From contig NC_043012.1 of NCBI RefSeq assembly GCF_006345805.1, forward strand, positions 9,424,001 to 9,488,000: 64,000 nt of DNA, in the 5' to 3' direction. The DNA comes from Octopus sinensis. Its lineage: Eukaryota. Shown here piece after piece: positions 10,746-23,579 of the stretch. The notes beneath the pieces were generated by a model. The model had not been told where the DNA came from, made no database searches, and saw only the letters and a program-made list of their open reading frames with translations. The translations under genes were made by a program, and so were the position numbers. Position 1 is the first letter of the stretch. Each line of letters begins with the position of its first letter.

Positions 10746-11906
10746 TGAATTGTAATATATACAGGAAATTAAAGAAGGAAAATGCACATACTTTACATAG
10801 TTTTAATATAAATTTTAATATATCTTGTATTGTATTTGTCGACCGGTTTCGCTTTTGCTATTCATGACATTAAAATTCATTTAAATACGTATTTTCTTAA
10901 GATTGTTTGTCCATGTTTTGTGTGGAGTTTATAAATGAGCGATTCAACAAGTAGAAAAATCTAAGGGGAGGCAATTGGTCATCGTTATTGTTGTGGACAG
11001 GGGAGATAATTGTTCATCTATCGGTCGGGAAGTGGGGGGATAGAATATATATATATATATACACACAAAAATTCAAACGCTAGAGTAGTTGTAAGAAATA
11101 TGTACAGTGATTGGTATGTAATCATGAATTAAAATATGTATAGAGACCAAAGTTGGTTATGCGTGCATATCTAGAAGTGTTCTGTATTTTTCGATGAATA
11201 AATTTTCTTTATCAAAACGTTCTTGCAAACAAATTGTGTCCTTGCACTGGTAGAACTATGTAAAGTCTGTTCATTTTCCTTTTGATATATATATATATAC
11301 ATAGATTCTGATGAATTCGGTACTTAAGTTGAGGCACCAGAATTTAGTACGGTATTATCCATGCACTTTCAAAATAAGGTGATTAAAATCAAAATATGTA
11401 ACAGATATCCAGAGGTAATGCAGTGATATCATTTCAAACGACTTCATTTAATTGGGCAATGCAACCATTACATCCATTTTAATGAAGAGCAATCCTCAGC
11501 TGCATAAATACGTAGAATTTAATTAAATTAAAACAAATTAAATTAAAACTAGGAGAAAGACAAAGAACATGCTGTCTTCACTTCAGCTTAGAAGCTACTA
11601 AGGTAGCGTGTCACTGTTTTGGGGGTCAGTTTTAATTTATAGTCTTGTTTATCAAATCTTTGTATATCAAAATCTAAGGCCAAACAACAAGGAGCAGTGT
11701 CTGTTAGGAAAGGGGATGAGGGAGTCGACAGAAATCATAGAAGGTATAGTAATAAAACTATCAAAATTAATTTAAAGCGATAGAATGAGATTTGGTAAAG
11801 GGAATCTTAAATCAAGATGTTAGCTGACAATTAAAGGGGCAAGACTCGCGTAAACCAATGATGATAATACAGGGGAAATTTTATCATAGGTACTATAGTT
11901 AAATAT

Positions 11907-11955
<49 letters not shown>

Positions 11956-11963
11956 TATATATA

Positions 11964-12131
11964 TATAATACAAATAAGAAAATGGAGAAACAAAATTAGT
12001 TTGTTCATTAACTTACGGATATTATAATTTTAGATTATTTATTCTGTAAAATGATAAATAATCTAAAAATTATAATATCCGTAAGTTATGAACAAACTAA
12101 TTTGTTTCTCCATTTTCTTATTTGTATTATA
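11964..12131. repeat. Near-perfect ~78-bp inverted repeat (11-nt loop)
   Basis: 11964-12042 is the reverse complement of 12054-12131 apart from three 1-nt indels. Confidence 0.95.
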
Positions 12132-12329
12132 AATTTACGGTAAAAATATTTCTTTACCTTCACTGTTTAATACAATAAATGAGTTAATTGCATTGCAATT
12201 AAAAACATTTATGTATTAAGAATATGGGTACTTTACCACAGGTATTGGATAAATGATATCCCATAGTGGGTTACACCCATAACCCCTATCTACTTTGTAC
12301 AATATATATATATGTATATGTTATATATA

Positions 12330-12385
<56 letters not shown>

Positions 12386-12595
12386 AGATCTGGAAATCAA
12401 TCTAAGTTGTAAATATTTAGTTTAATATAGCAAGTTGTTCACTCGTTAACTATGCAGTGCAACTGAAATTATAGTCGGAGTGGATTTTGGAAACAGGGAA
12501 TAGTTGTAATATACAATAAAAATAGAGAATTTACCATAGTTATAGAATATCTACTTTTAATTTAACATTTATGGTGCATGTAATCATATATGTAT

Positions 12596-13097
12596 GCATC
12601 TCGAACGAATGAAAGCATCATGGAAAGTCATGATCTGATATTGGAGGACGGTCACCGAACAATTGACGAACTTTATGATATGACTTGTGTGTCTCGGAGA
12701 TCCAGCCAACGAATTTTGCGACTGAAAAGAGTTGCTGCAAAATGTGTGCCTCACTTGGTAACGGAAGATCAAAAATAGTCACGACTAAATGCATGTGGTG
12801 AACGGAAAGAACAGTTAGAAGTTGATCCGGAGCTTTTTTCAAAGGTCATCGCTAGTGACGAAAGCTGGTGCTACGGAATTTGAAGTTGTGGAAATGGTAA
12901 AGGAAAAGCAACTGAGGCGTTAAAGGGCATCACTTCGCAAGAGTTCCACAACTGCTGCGAACAGCAGAGAACTCGAGTGGAGCGATGCATTGCTTCAAAT
13001 GGAGAATACTTTGGAGGTGATAAAAGTGTAGACATGTAAATCTAAGTGAATAAAATGATATTGCAAAATTCCGGTTTCTTTTTGGGTACCCCTCGTA
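12596..13097 (+). mobile_element. Mariner transposon relic, 5'-truncated and internally deleted
   Basis: SRTNESI..LILEDGHRTIDELYDMT..LKRVAAKCVPHLVTEDQK*SRLNAC..LEVDPELFSKVIASDESWCY joined to EALKGITSQEF..RCIASNGEYF; 3' TIR-like end TTCCGGTTTCTTTTTGGGTACCCCTCG followed by TA. Confidence 0.88.
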
Positions 13098-13139
13098 TGT
13101 ACGCGTATGTATGTATATTTAACTATGTATCCGGATAGG

Positions 13140-13371
13140 GAGGCGAGCTGGCAGAAACGTTAGCACGCTTGGCGAAATGCGTAGCCGTATTTCGTCTGCC
13201 GTTACGTTTTGGGTTCAAATTCCGCCGAGGTCGACTTTGGCTTTCATCTTCTCGGGGTCGATAAATAAAGTACAAGTTACGCACTGGGGTCGATATAATC
13301 GACTTAATCCGTGTGTCTGTTCTTGTTTGTTCCCTCTATGTTTAGTCCCTTGTGCGTAATAAAGAAACATA
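13140..13371 (+). mobile_element. SINE family A, tail type 1, with 12-bp TSD
   Basis: TSD TATCCGGATAGG at 13128-13139 and 13372-13383. Confidence 0.95.
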
Positions 13372-13766
13372 TATCCGGATAGGTTTCTGTCATCTGTCCA
13401 TGTATGTATGTGTTTATCTAAATTTTGTATGTGAGTGAGTGAATGAGTGTGTGTGTGCGTCTGCGTGCGTGCATGTGTGTGTTTGAAGTTTTTGTTATGC
13501 TTGTTTACAAATAGATGCTTGTTTACAAGTAATTTCTTGTTAATTTCCTTCAAAGTATTATTTTTATATTGTTTTAGAAATTAACCTGCATGTTGTTAAC
13601 ATGTAGCATAAATGAACTCTTTTCGTTCAATAGGAATGAACTGGAACGAAAATCTACGTATTCGAAATTGGATATTTCAAAGGAAGGACATGAAGAATTG
13701 TATCCCCGGCTAATGAGGAAAATAATCCAGAAAATAGGAGTTTGTTAAACTACCGTGTGTCAAATA

Positions 13767-14106
13767 GGCGTATGAGTGGCTCTGTGGTAAGTAGCTTGCT
13801 TACGAACCACATGGTTCCGGGTTCAATCCCACTGCGTGGCAACTTGGGCTAGTGTCTTCTACTATAGCCTCGTGCCGCCCAAAGCCTTGTGAGTGGATTT
13901 GGTCGACGGAAACTGAAAGAAGCCCGTCGTATATATGTATATGTATATATATATATATAATATATATATATATAAAAAAGGAAATGAAGAAAATGCTGAC
14001 AAATAATTGAAGTAATTTAAGTAATTAATTAGGTGAAAGTTCTTTTTACCGGTTGCGCATTTGTTATGCTTATCAAAATATGTATATATAATATATATAT
14101 ATATAT

Positions 14107-14157
<51 letters not shown>

Positions 14158-14363
14158 GTGTGTATATGTTTGTGAGTCCGTGTTTGTCCTCCCCAACATC
14201 GCTTGACAACCGATGCTGGTGTGTTTACATCCCTGTAACTTAGCAGTTCGGCAAAAGAGACCGATAGAATAAGAATAAGTCCTGGGGTCGATTTGCTCTA
14301 CTAAAGGCGGTGTTCCAGCATGGCCACAGTCAAAATGACTGAAACAAGTGAAAGAGAGTGAAA
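13767..14363 (+). mobile_element. SINE family D (bipartite, internal microsatellite)
   Basis: GGCGTATGAGTGGCTCTGTGGTAAGTAGCTTGC head..GAAACTGAAAGAAGCCCGTCG, AT/GT-rich spacer, tail module ending GACTGAAACAAGTGAAAGAG. Confidence 0.88.
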
Positions 14364-14776
14364 ACGAAATGCGTCAGAATAACTACAACACATTGTGTTG
14401 CATTGTCAGTCAGTTTCCATTAAAACCAAATCACAACACCAGGCATGTGTCAGCGATAAATTTTTCCTTGTGTTTTTTTTTGTCAGCAGAGTAAATACAT
14501 CGATATTCAACATTTAAAGCTTTTATTGTCAGAGTATATATATATATTGTAGCTGATCTACACTATAAAAGAAATTCGTTTATTAATATAAATTTTCTCA
14601 AAATACATAGAGAAGAGGAAAAAAAAGGTAGCTTTTCAAAGGAGAATAACAAAATAACATCTAACAATGCGTGAAGAAATGATAGCAAGACGCAAGGAAG
14701 GAAGATTCTATAAAGGAAGATACTATACGCTGTTAAACGCCTCAATAATCCTGCATTTTGCGATTTTGGTGTTTAA

Positions 14777-14955
14777 TCATGGAAGGTAGAACTCTCGAGG
14801 AAATATTCTCATTCCCTTTTGCGATGTGTAATGTATGTTTGTATGAATTGCTGCTAAAATAGCTTCTTCTTCGTACGCTGTACAAGAATTATTCAGATGA
14901 TATATGAAAGCAGAAATTTTCAAAGTTCCGCTATGAAGTAAGGTATCGCTTTCAT
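14777..14955 (-). CDS. Candidate terminal exon, unidentified (DESDTLLHSGTLKISAF..YEEEAILAAIHTNIHYTSQKGMRIFPREFYLP*)
   Basis: Open frame after the acceptor-like TTTCATTTTAAAAG; no recognisable homology. Confidence 0.15.
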
Positions 14956-15014
14956 CTTTTAAAATGAAATATTTAGCATGTTGCTTGAAATTGTCATAAA
15001 TATAAGAAAACAAG

Positions 15015-15331
<317 letters not shown>

Positions 15332-15333
15332 CC

Positions 15334-16403
15334 TCGCGAGTGTCGCGTTGCTCTCAAGCAACTCTGCCGTCCGGGGTCGACTTGAGTGACTTCAACACAA
15401 CCAAAGCATTCTATAGGGGTTTTAGTGGAGGGGAGGTACGACGACGAGCTCGGGGCGAACCTGGACGTCGACGAGGAGTACCTGAACCGCCTGTTCAGGA
15501 CGACTTTCGGGCCAGGGCCCATGGACAACTTCCAGAGATCCCTGGCCTGGCAGTGCTACCGAGAAGCGCTACCCGTTCGGGATAAGCTCTACAGACACGG
15601 CTCGAGAAACACGGGGCCGACCTGCCCGGGATGCGGTCAGAGCGACGAAACCGTTCTGCACGCACTCGTGCAGTGTCCAACAATTTCCGACCTGTGGGCT
15701 TATGTCGAACAACTGCTGTCACGTGTGGGACGAGTCGGTTTATCAGCTGAGTCTATCATCAATATTGTCACGCCTCCTTCCTTCAAACGGGAAGGAAGAG
15801 CTATTTTCATCATCTTGTGGCTATGGCGAAGGAATGTATCTGGTGGACGCGTCTGAAAGGATTGAGACAAACACTTCCTCTCTGGTCAATCTCTCATCAA
15901 CTTCTTCAAGTACCACTTGAAAAGGAAAGTGAGAGTAGAGAGGCAAGTTTTGTCTAGCGAATGTTTTTAAAAAAAGATGGGTGAATGTAGCAAGAATGGC
16001 ACATATGAATGACGAAGCCACCTTGAGCATGATCCTATGAACCCAGAAATTGAAAACAGAGAGTTGCTTATTCGCAAAAAAAAAAAAAAGAAATATAACA
16101 TGTGACTCCATTGACAGAGGTCACCGTGGTCTTTTCCGTAGGCTTTTCTTTCCACGGGTAAACCTCACCTGTCCTCCCCTTTACACTTCATATTGACATT
16201 TATGTGATAACGATCCCTATTGATCAATTTTTTTCCCCTCCCCCTTTTTTTAACCCCCCTTTTCTTGTCCTCTTTCTCTCCTTTTACGATCCCTTTTGAT
16301 CGAAACTCCCCCTTCCCATTTTTTTTTAAACCTTCAAAAGAAAAGCTCTACCTTGTAATTTGTTCTATCTGTGTGCAGCCCTGTGTGGCTAATAAAGAAA
16401 CAT
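15334..16403 (+). mobile_element. L1/Tx1-clade LINE, 5'-truncated 3' end (zf-RVT region plus 3' UTR)
   Basis: FQRSLAWQCYREALPVRDKLYRHG..TCPGCGQSDETVLHALVQCP (CxxC..H..C zinc knuckle), frameshifted continuation to ~16040, pyrimidine-rich 3' UTR, AATAAA at 16391-16396. Confidence 0.85.
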
Positions 16404-16409
16404 ATCTAC

Positions 16410-16488
<79 letters not shown>

Positions 16489-16517
16489 CGTACGTACGTA
16501 CGTACGTACGTACCTAT

Positions 16518-16570
<53 letters not shown>

Positions 16571-16612
16571 CATCTATCTATTTATCCATCTATCTATCTA
16601 TCCATCTACCTA
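16404..16612. repeat. (TATC)n microsatellite with a (TACG)n block, right flank of the Tx1 insertion
   Basis: Direct reading. Confidence 0.97.
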
Positions 16613-17112
16613 TATCCCAAGGTTGATATTGTGTATTCCACGATCCTTGTGCAAGATGCAAGCAAGCCATCATGAGAAAATTAGCTCATCTCGATCAAGA
16701 ATCGGTCAATCTATAACACATCACTACAGTCCGTGTCAAGCGTCGATTATGATGACTGCATTAACTCAGAAAGTCCATAACATATTTGACAATTTTAACA
16801 CTAATGTTAAATAGGCTTCACCCAAATAGGGTTCACTCTTATCAATGCGGAATAGCTACTCCATATTGATAGGGGGAAAATACCCTGAAACTAGTCTGTG
16901 GTTGTTTGAACCAGCATGGGGAAGCTGATGATCTCTCGTGATCGAAGGTTGTAATGGACACAGGTTCATGTGTCACATAACTAGCTGGAAGTGATGGCCT
17001 CTTGGAGCTAATCAATGGCAGCATTCGTCCTATTTTCCTGGACTGCCATGTTAGCTTGGCGATAACTATTAATATCCAATACTGCTGTCGTAGTTTCCTA
17101 TAGAAAGGTTTT

Positions 17113-17113
<1 letters not shown>

Positions 17114-17164
<51 letters not shown>

Positions 17165-17196
17165 TAATAATAATAATGATAATAATAATAATAATG

Positions 17197-17257
<61 letters not shown>
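17114..17257. repeat. (AAT)n microsatellite
   Basis: Direct reading. Confidence 0.97.
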
Positions 17258-17597
17258 GGCGCATGGCTCAGTGGTTAGAGCGTCGAGCTTACGATCGTGA
17301 GGTTGTGAGCTCGAATCCCGGACCGGGCTGCGTGTTGTGTTCTTGAGCAAGGCACTTTATTTCACGTTGCTCCAGTTCACTCAGCTGTAGAAATGAGTTG
17401 CGACGTCACTGGTGCCAAGCTGTATCGACCTTTGTCTTTCCCTTGGATAACACTGGTGGCGTGGAGAGGGGAGGCTGGTATGCATGGGCGACTGCTGGCC
17501 TTCCATAAACAACCCTGCCCGGACTTGTGTCTAGGAGGGTAACTTTCTAGGTGCAATCCCATGGTCATTCATGACCGAAGGGGGTCTTTACCCCTTT
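17258..17597 (+). mobile_element. SINE family C (tRNA head plus Meta-like core), full length, in (AAT)n
   Basis: GGCGCATGGCTCAGTGGTTAGAGC..TCGAATCCC head, GTGTTCTTGAGCAAGGCACTTTATTTCACGTTGCTCCAGTTCACTCAGCTGTA core; AAT repeats on both sides. Confidence 0.92.
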
Positions 17598-17632
17598 AAT
17601 AATAATAATAAATATATTAAATATATATATAG

Positions 17633-17717
<85 letters not shown>

Positions 17718-18834
17718 TACACATATATATTATGCATAATATGTTGGCGTGTGTGTGTGCACACATCAGTTCTTTGGAACTAAAACTTTTGATATTTATA
17801 TGAATTGATTGTGTATTTGTTTCTCTGGAATTGGTCAAATGACGCGGACTCTTCCAATGAAACTCGGTCGAAACTCAATTAGGGCTGTTCATTTCGTCAA
17901 TATATGGAGAAAGTGGTTGCTATGATTGTGTGCTTAATATATTAGTTCACACACACCCACAGTTTTCAACTTATTTACATCAATTTCCCATGCTTGGATG
18001 AGAATTATGACGACCTGGTTTTAAAGTTTTTGGCACATATGATTGATAATGCTTTTTTTCAATGTTGGTTTATCGTTTAATTCGAATCACTAAAATCGTG
18101 GCCAGCTGGAGCACATCTAGGATACTTAGAACATTTTAATTCTGTCAGGCTGTGATTTCTAATTAATGTAAGGCTTTAATTGGCGACGTATCAGCCATGT
18201 TGGAAAGCGATTAACTTTAGTTTAGATATCAGCTTTAATTAATAATAAATTAATAACTGAGTGATTAGCTAAGGAAATTGCCTCATTAGCTGAAAGGTTA
18301 TTTGATAAACGTAGTATATTAGAAACTGGTGGACATAAAGATATTGCTGTCGTTGCTTAACCCTAGGTTAGTCGTAAAGGGAAATGATTTATAATCAAAG
18401 CAAGCCAGTCGTGGCCATCTCATTTCATTTCAGATTGATAGAAATATAATTATCTAATGTCTTCTTTTTCATCATTTAAGGTGATAGAATGTGTTTTGAG
18501 GAAGGTTCTGTGGCAGTTCCTTGCAAGTAGAGCGGCCACATCAAAATACGCGACATGAAACGGTGTTATATCCACACGAAGGCTAATGGTGTAGGGTCAA
18601 ATCTAAATCCCAGACGTAATTAGCAAAGATTTTAACAGCCCGTTATCTCAATGCAATTCTGATAAATAGTTGCGCACACACGCATACATAATATTTACAC
18701 GCAATAATACATACACAAATAGATTCAAGCATACGCAAACACACACGTACATACGTATAAACACGTATATATACAGAAATGTCGTTTCTCTAAGCAACGA
18801 TTTTGTACATAATGAAATCACACACGGTAATATA

Positions 18835-18924
<90 letters not shown>

Positions 18925-19202
18925 AAGTCGTGATTGAGTTCGATCCCGGCGACGCGTGTGTCCTTGAGCAAGACACTTATTTCACATTGCTCCAGTCCAC
19001 TCAGCTGGCAAAAATGAATAGTGTCTATATTTCAAAGGGCCGGCTTTGTCACACCCTGTGTCACGCTGAATGTCCCTGAGAACTACGTTAGGGGTACGCG
19101 TGTGTGTGGATTGCTCAGTCACTTGTATGTTAATTTCACGAGCAGGCTGTTCCGTTGATCGTATCAGCTGGGAGCCTTGTCGTCGTAACCGACAGAGTGC
19201 TT
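18925..19202 (+). mobile_element. SINE family C core with the tail used by family B copy 59194 (chimeric)
   Basis: GAGTTCGATCCCGGC..CTTGAGCAAGACACTTATTTCACATTGCTCCAGTCCACTCAGCTGG, then TATTTCAAAGGGCCGGC..GTCGTAACCGACAGAGTGC. Confidence 0.88.
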
Positions 19203-19247
19203 CTTTACATATGCATATATATATATATATTATATATATATATATAT

Positions 19248-19290
<43 letters not shown>

Positions 19291-19324
19291 CACATTATAT
19301 ATATATATATAGTATATATATAAT

Positions 19325-19510
19325 CACCGTTGGCGATTTTTTTCCTCTGTCTTCCCTTCTCGGGATCTTTCCTTCTCCTATTTTTCCGACGAAGAGCTCC
19401 GCTCGAAACGTTAAACCCTCCTTCTTCCCTTCTTTCCTGAGCCTCCAATAATACTATATTTGTTCCATGTCCTCGCGTTGTTGTGTTTTTTTGTGTTTTC
19501 TTGTTTGGAT

Positions 19511-19525
<15 letters not shown>
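19325..19525 (+). mobile_element. ~200-bp hammerhead-bearing element P2 in (TA)n
   Basis: Homologous to 49605-49810 and 60030-60260 (both minus); TA tracts on both sides. Confidence 0.8.
19382..19416 (+). ncRNA. Minimal hammerhead-like motif with U4C core variant (P2)
   Basis: TTTT-CCGACGA-A-GAGC tcc GCTC-GAAA-CG-TT-AAAC. Confidence 0.6.
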
Positions 19526-19549
<24 letters not shown>

Positions 19550-19760
19550 ATGATGATGATGACTGCTTCATCTTGACAGATGAAAGCCGTCCTATCAATA
19601 AACACAACACCCTCATCACATACCACAATCACTCAGTTACGTGACTTTTAGGAAAAGCTGCTGAATAGCAGGCTTTAAAACTCAAGTGAAAGATATTATT
19701 CAAGTTTCTTCTCTATATCCTAGCCCTTTCGAATATGATTCTGAAGGAATGTTTTTGTTA

Positions 19761-19818
<58 letters not shown>

Positions 19819-19839
19819 TACACATAATACATATATATA

Positions 19840-20012
19840 GGTGCAGGCGTGGATGTGTAGAAAGAAACTTGCTTCCTAACCACTTTGTTCCAGTTTTAGT
19901 CCACTGCGTGGCACCTTGGGCAGGTGTCTCTTTACTATACACCCTCCGGCCGACCAAAGTCTTCTGAGCGGATTTGGTAGTTAGTAAACGGACTGTAAAA
20001 TAAGCCTGCCGT
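19840..20012 (+). mobile_element. SINE family D, 5' module
   Basis: CCACTGCGTGGCACCTTGGGCAGGTGTC..CCGACCAAAGTCTTCTGAGCGGATTTGGTAG. Confidence 0.8.
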
Positions 20013-20081
20013 ATATGTATATATATATATAATATATATATATATCAGGTACGTGCCGTCAGTATGTTTGCCTGTGTGTGA

Positions 20082-20129
<48 letters not shown>

Positions 20130-20138
20130 GTCTCTCTG

Positions 20139-20175
<37 letters not shown>

Positions 20176-20489
20176 CTACCTACCTGTCCGTTCGTTTGTT
20201 TTGGGATTTCTGTCTCTCTGTATCAGTCGGCATTTCTGTCTGTTTGTCTCTCTATGTATATGTAAAAGTCTTTTTCGATGCCTATAAATAAAGGATATTT
20301 CATTTTTACAAGTGAACGATGTTAGTGTCTTTGAAATTTCAGTTCTCACGCCTATGCCAGAAAAAAATATATATGTGCAAAAGATATTTCAGATATAGTT
20401 AGCCTTGTGACAATATTTAAAACCATTATTAATAACACCATGTATAAGATAAATTATAATTTTTGACTGTTCCAGTTGTAGTGGTAGTA

Positions 20490-20560
<71 letters not shown>
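20490..20560. repeat. (TAC)n microsatellite
   Basis: Direct reading. Confidence 0.95.
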
Positions 20561-20561
<1 letters not shown>

Positions 20562-22734
20562 GTGGTGTTGCTGGCATGGTAAGAATAGTAATACTTATTT
20601 CTAATAGAAGCAGATCATAAATGTTTAGGTAGGTGGTTAAGTGATTAAGATCGAACCAATTACTTGATTATGAGATTATTTTATCGATCCGGGGGTGGGG
20701 GGATCAGTCGCTTCAAGGAAAATATTGACCATAATGCGATTCGAACTCAAAATATGAAGTGCCAGAACAAATAACGTAATGTATTTGTTGTTGTTGTTAT
20801 TGTTTTTGTAGTAGTTGTTATTGTTGTTCTTCCTCTTCTTCTGCTCCTCCTCCCCCTCTTCCTGCTTCTACTTGTTGCAGTTTGCTGTGAAAGGAAGTCT
20901 ACAAAAGTGTCTGGCGCAGAATTTGATTTTTCACTATTAACATTTAACTTGATAAAGAAAAAAAAAATTTTTCTTGGCAAAGAATGTTTGTTCCTGGTGG
21001 CCATTGAGTTAATATGGTTTCAAAGTTAAGGAAAAGAAATGGAAATGAGAAAGTGAAAAAAAAAGATGGAAGAAAAAGAGACTATTGTAAACACAAATGT
21101 TTACAGTTTGACACAAACTCTAAGAAAATCAACAATATGTGTTTTGCTAGCGTTGCGAGCCATTGAGAAACGCACACATTTAGTAGTTTTCATAATGTAT
21201 AGTGGTTCTTAAGTTAGAGGCTTCCCATGTTGGATAAACATGTACAATTTTATAATTCCTATCAGTAATTGATACATGCGTAAGAGTGAGTTATCAATAC
21301 CTAAATATTTTGACGATTTCTTGTATAACTATTCTCCAAACACTATTTCCAGAATTTAGAATTATTGTTTGCAGGGAATGAAAAGACCGTCTTTATTTAA
21401 CGAAAAAAAACCCCCCGTAAAACTAAACCAAAATTAATAAAATAAATATGAATAAAAAAAGACGTTTTCTCCATTTGCTTTTGAACTACCAATAGGACAA
21501 CATTGCCGAGGCATTAATCCTTGAACCTGGCTGATCTTATGGTGAAAAACTGGATGGCGTTGGTGTCCAACTACCCAACCTTAATATTTAACATTAAACT
21601 GAAGGATTACGCAAAACTTTTAATATGTTATCTGAATTGGACAAATCTCTAAGCTCCTCAGTCTCTCATCTTAATTTTTTATTAATCCACACCTTTCAAA
21701 CACGCACACTCTCCTCCTGCTCTTTTTGATCCCCAATTCCTACGCAACAACTTGCCCATTCTATTTATAAATCTAATTATCATCTACATAGCTCACCTAA
21801 TTCCTTTAAAAAACAACAACACAATGAAGATTATATAAATAAAAATAAACAAGTAAAGCACAGTCTGATGAAGGAGAGCAAGCGGAAACTACGAAGTTGC
21901 AGTCAAGCTTTTCCTTGTTAACGCGCACCTACACGCACAGACTTGTCTGCAAACTGGTAGAAATGACACATCACATTAGGTATGCATTCACACACTGAGT
22001 GATACGGCTGTAGGATCTGAAGAATGGCTTGTTTAAACAATCAGCTGAAGGCGCATATTGTACACTTTGGACAATGTACACAATCATGAAATTAAGTGTA
22101 CATCTCACCGATGTACTAGAGGTGTAAAAATGTGTCGAAACAATTGTAGTGATTTTATACAAGGTCATTTATTCCATTTTCTATCATTTATTTGTATGTA
22201 TGTATGTATGTATGTATGTATGTATGTATGTATGTATATACATATGTATATCTGTTCTGTAAGGATAATAACCGAAAAGTTCATTGATATCGGGGAAATT
22301 TGATGATGGGTTTCATTTCGCAATGCAGACAATGAAAAGCTTTTAAGATAAATTTGGTAATCTTTTCTGACAGAAAATTGTGTTTGTTGATCGATGAAAA
22401 AGATATGTGTCTTCTCTCCATCGCAATAGGCTTACAGGATGACTAGTTATAAACACTCAGAGGAGAAACTCTTCGTAGATTAAAAGTTTTTAGTTACATG
22501 GACATTGGTTTTTAAAACAAACAAGAGAGACATTTCGAGACACTACAATTCTGTTAAATGTTTATGACGGAATCTGAGAAGTGGTTGGATATATTTCACA
22601 ATTCCCAACACTACCAGTTAATAAAAGTTGTACAAACCGCACAGATAGGGACTGCTACATCTGTATTTCATATCTGAAGAACTTAACATCTAAATTAATA
22701 TACATTCAGAATGACTGACAATCATATACTTATG

Positions 22735-22814
22735 TACATACATGCATACATCCATCCATCCATCCATCAATCCATCCATCCATCCATACATACATACATG
22801 CATACATACATACA

Positions 22815-22847
<33 letters not shown>

Positions 22848-23166
22848 GCATGCATGCATGCATACATACATACATGCATGCATGCATGCATACATACATA
22901 CATACATACACATATATACATACATACATACATACATACATACATACATACATACATACATACATACATACATACATACATACATACATACATACATACA
23001 CACACATACATACATACATACATACATACATACATACCTACATACATACATACTTACATACATACATACATGCATACATACATACATACATACATACATA
23101 CATACATACATACATACATACATGCATACATACATACATACATACATACATACATACATACATACA

Positions 23167-23196
<30 letters not shown>
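22735..23196. repeat. Long (CATA)n microsatellite with (CATC)/(CATG) variants
   Basis: Direct reading; explains the HTYI/MYVC ORFs. Confidence 0.97.
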
Positions 23197-23197
<1 letters not shown>

Positions 23198-23579
23198 GCA
23201 CCGAGAACCACGATAATAGCAAAGGAGTGAAATATAGGATTTCTCGGATTTTTGTGAATATATTGTGATAAAACTTTTCCCAGCTGGGAAAAGTTTTGCA
23301 AACTATTGCAACACAATTATGTTTTCATTATTCTGTGTAACGTCCTTTCTTTTTTATTTCAGATTCTTCACTTTTGGGTGAACAACGCTAAAAGATTTTG
23401 AATGAAAATAGCCCGTCTAGACATTTTCTTTCAGAGAATGAAGGGTAATGTTACATATTAAGCATTCATTGAGTATATATTTAGCAGAAAACAATAATAA
23501 TATTATAACATTTATTAACATAATGAATTATTTAGCCATATGAGCACTATTTCACGGATAACTTTAAAAACACCATTAG

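Noticed and set aside
16925-16950. CTGATGA followed by GATC..GATC GAAG
   Set aside because: The stem overlaps the core, GAAG replaces GAAA, and there is no stem I or III.
21858-21905. CTGATGA..GAAACT-ACGA-AGTT hammerhead-like text
   Set aside because: Stem III can form, but there is no stem II and only a 2-bp stem I; likely chance.
22690-23316. Long ORFs such as HTYI/MYVC repeats, and similar IYLS, poly-I, poly-D/M and YI ORFs elsewhere
   Set aside because: They are translations of (CATA)n, (TATC)n, (AAT)n, (GAT)n and (TA)n microsatellites, not genes.
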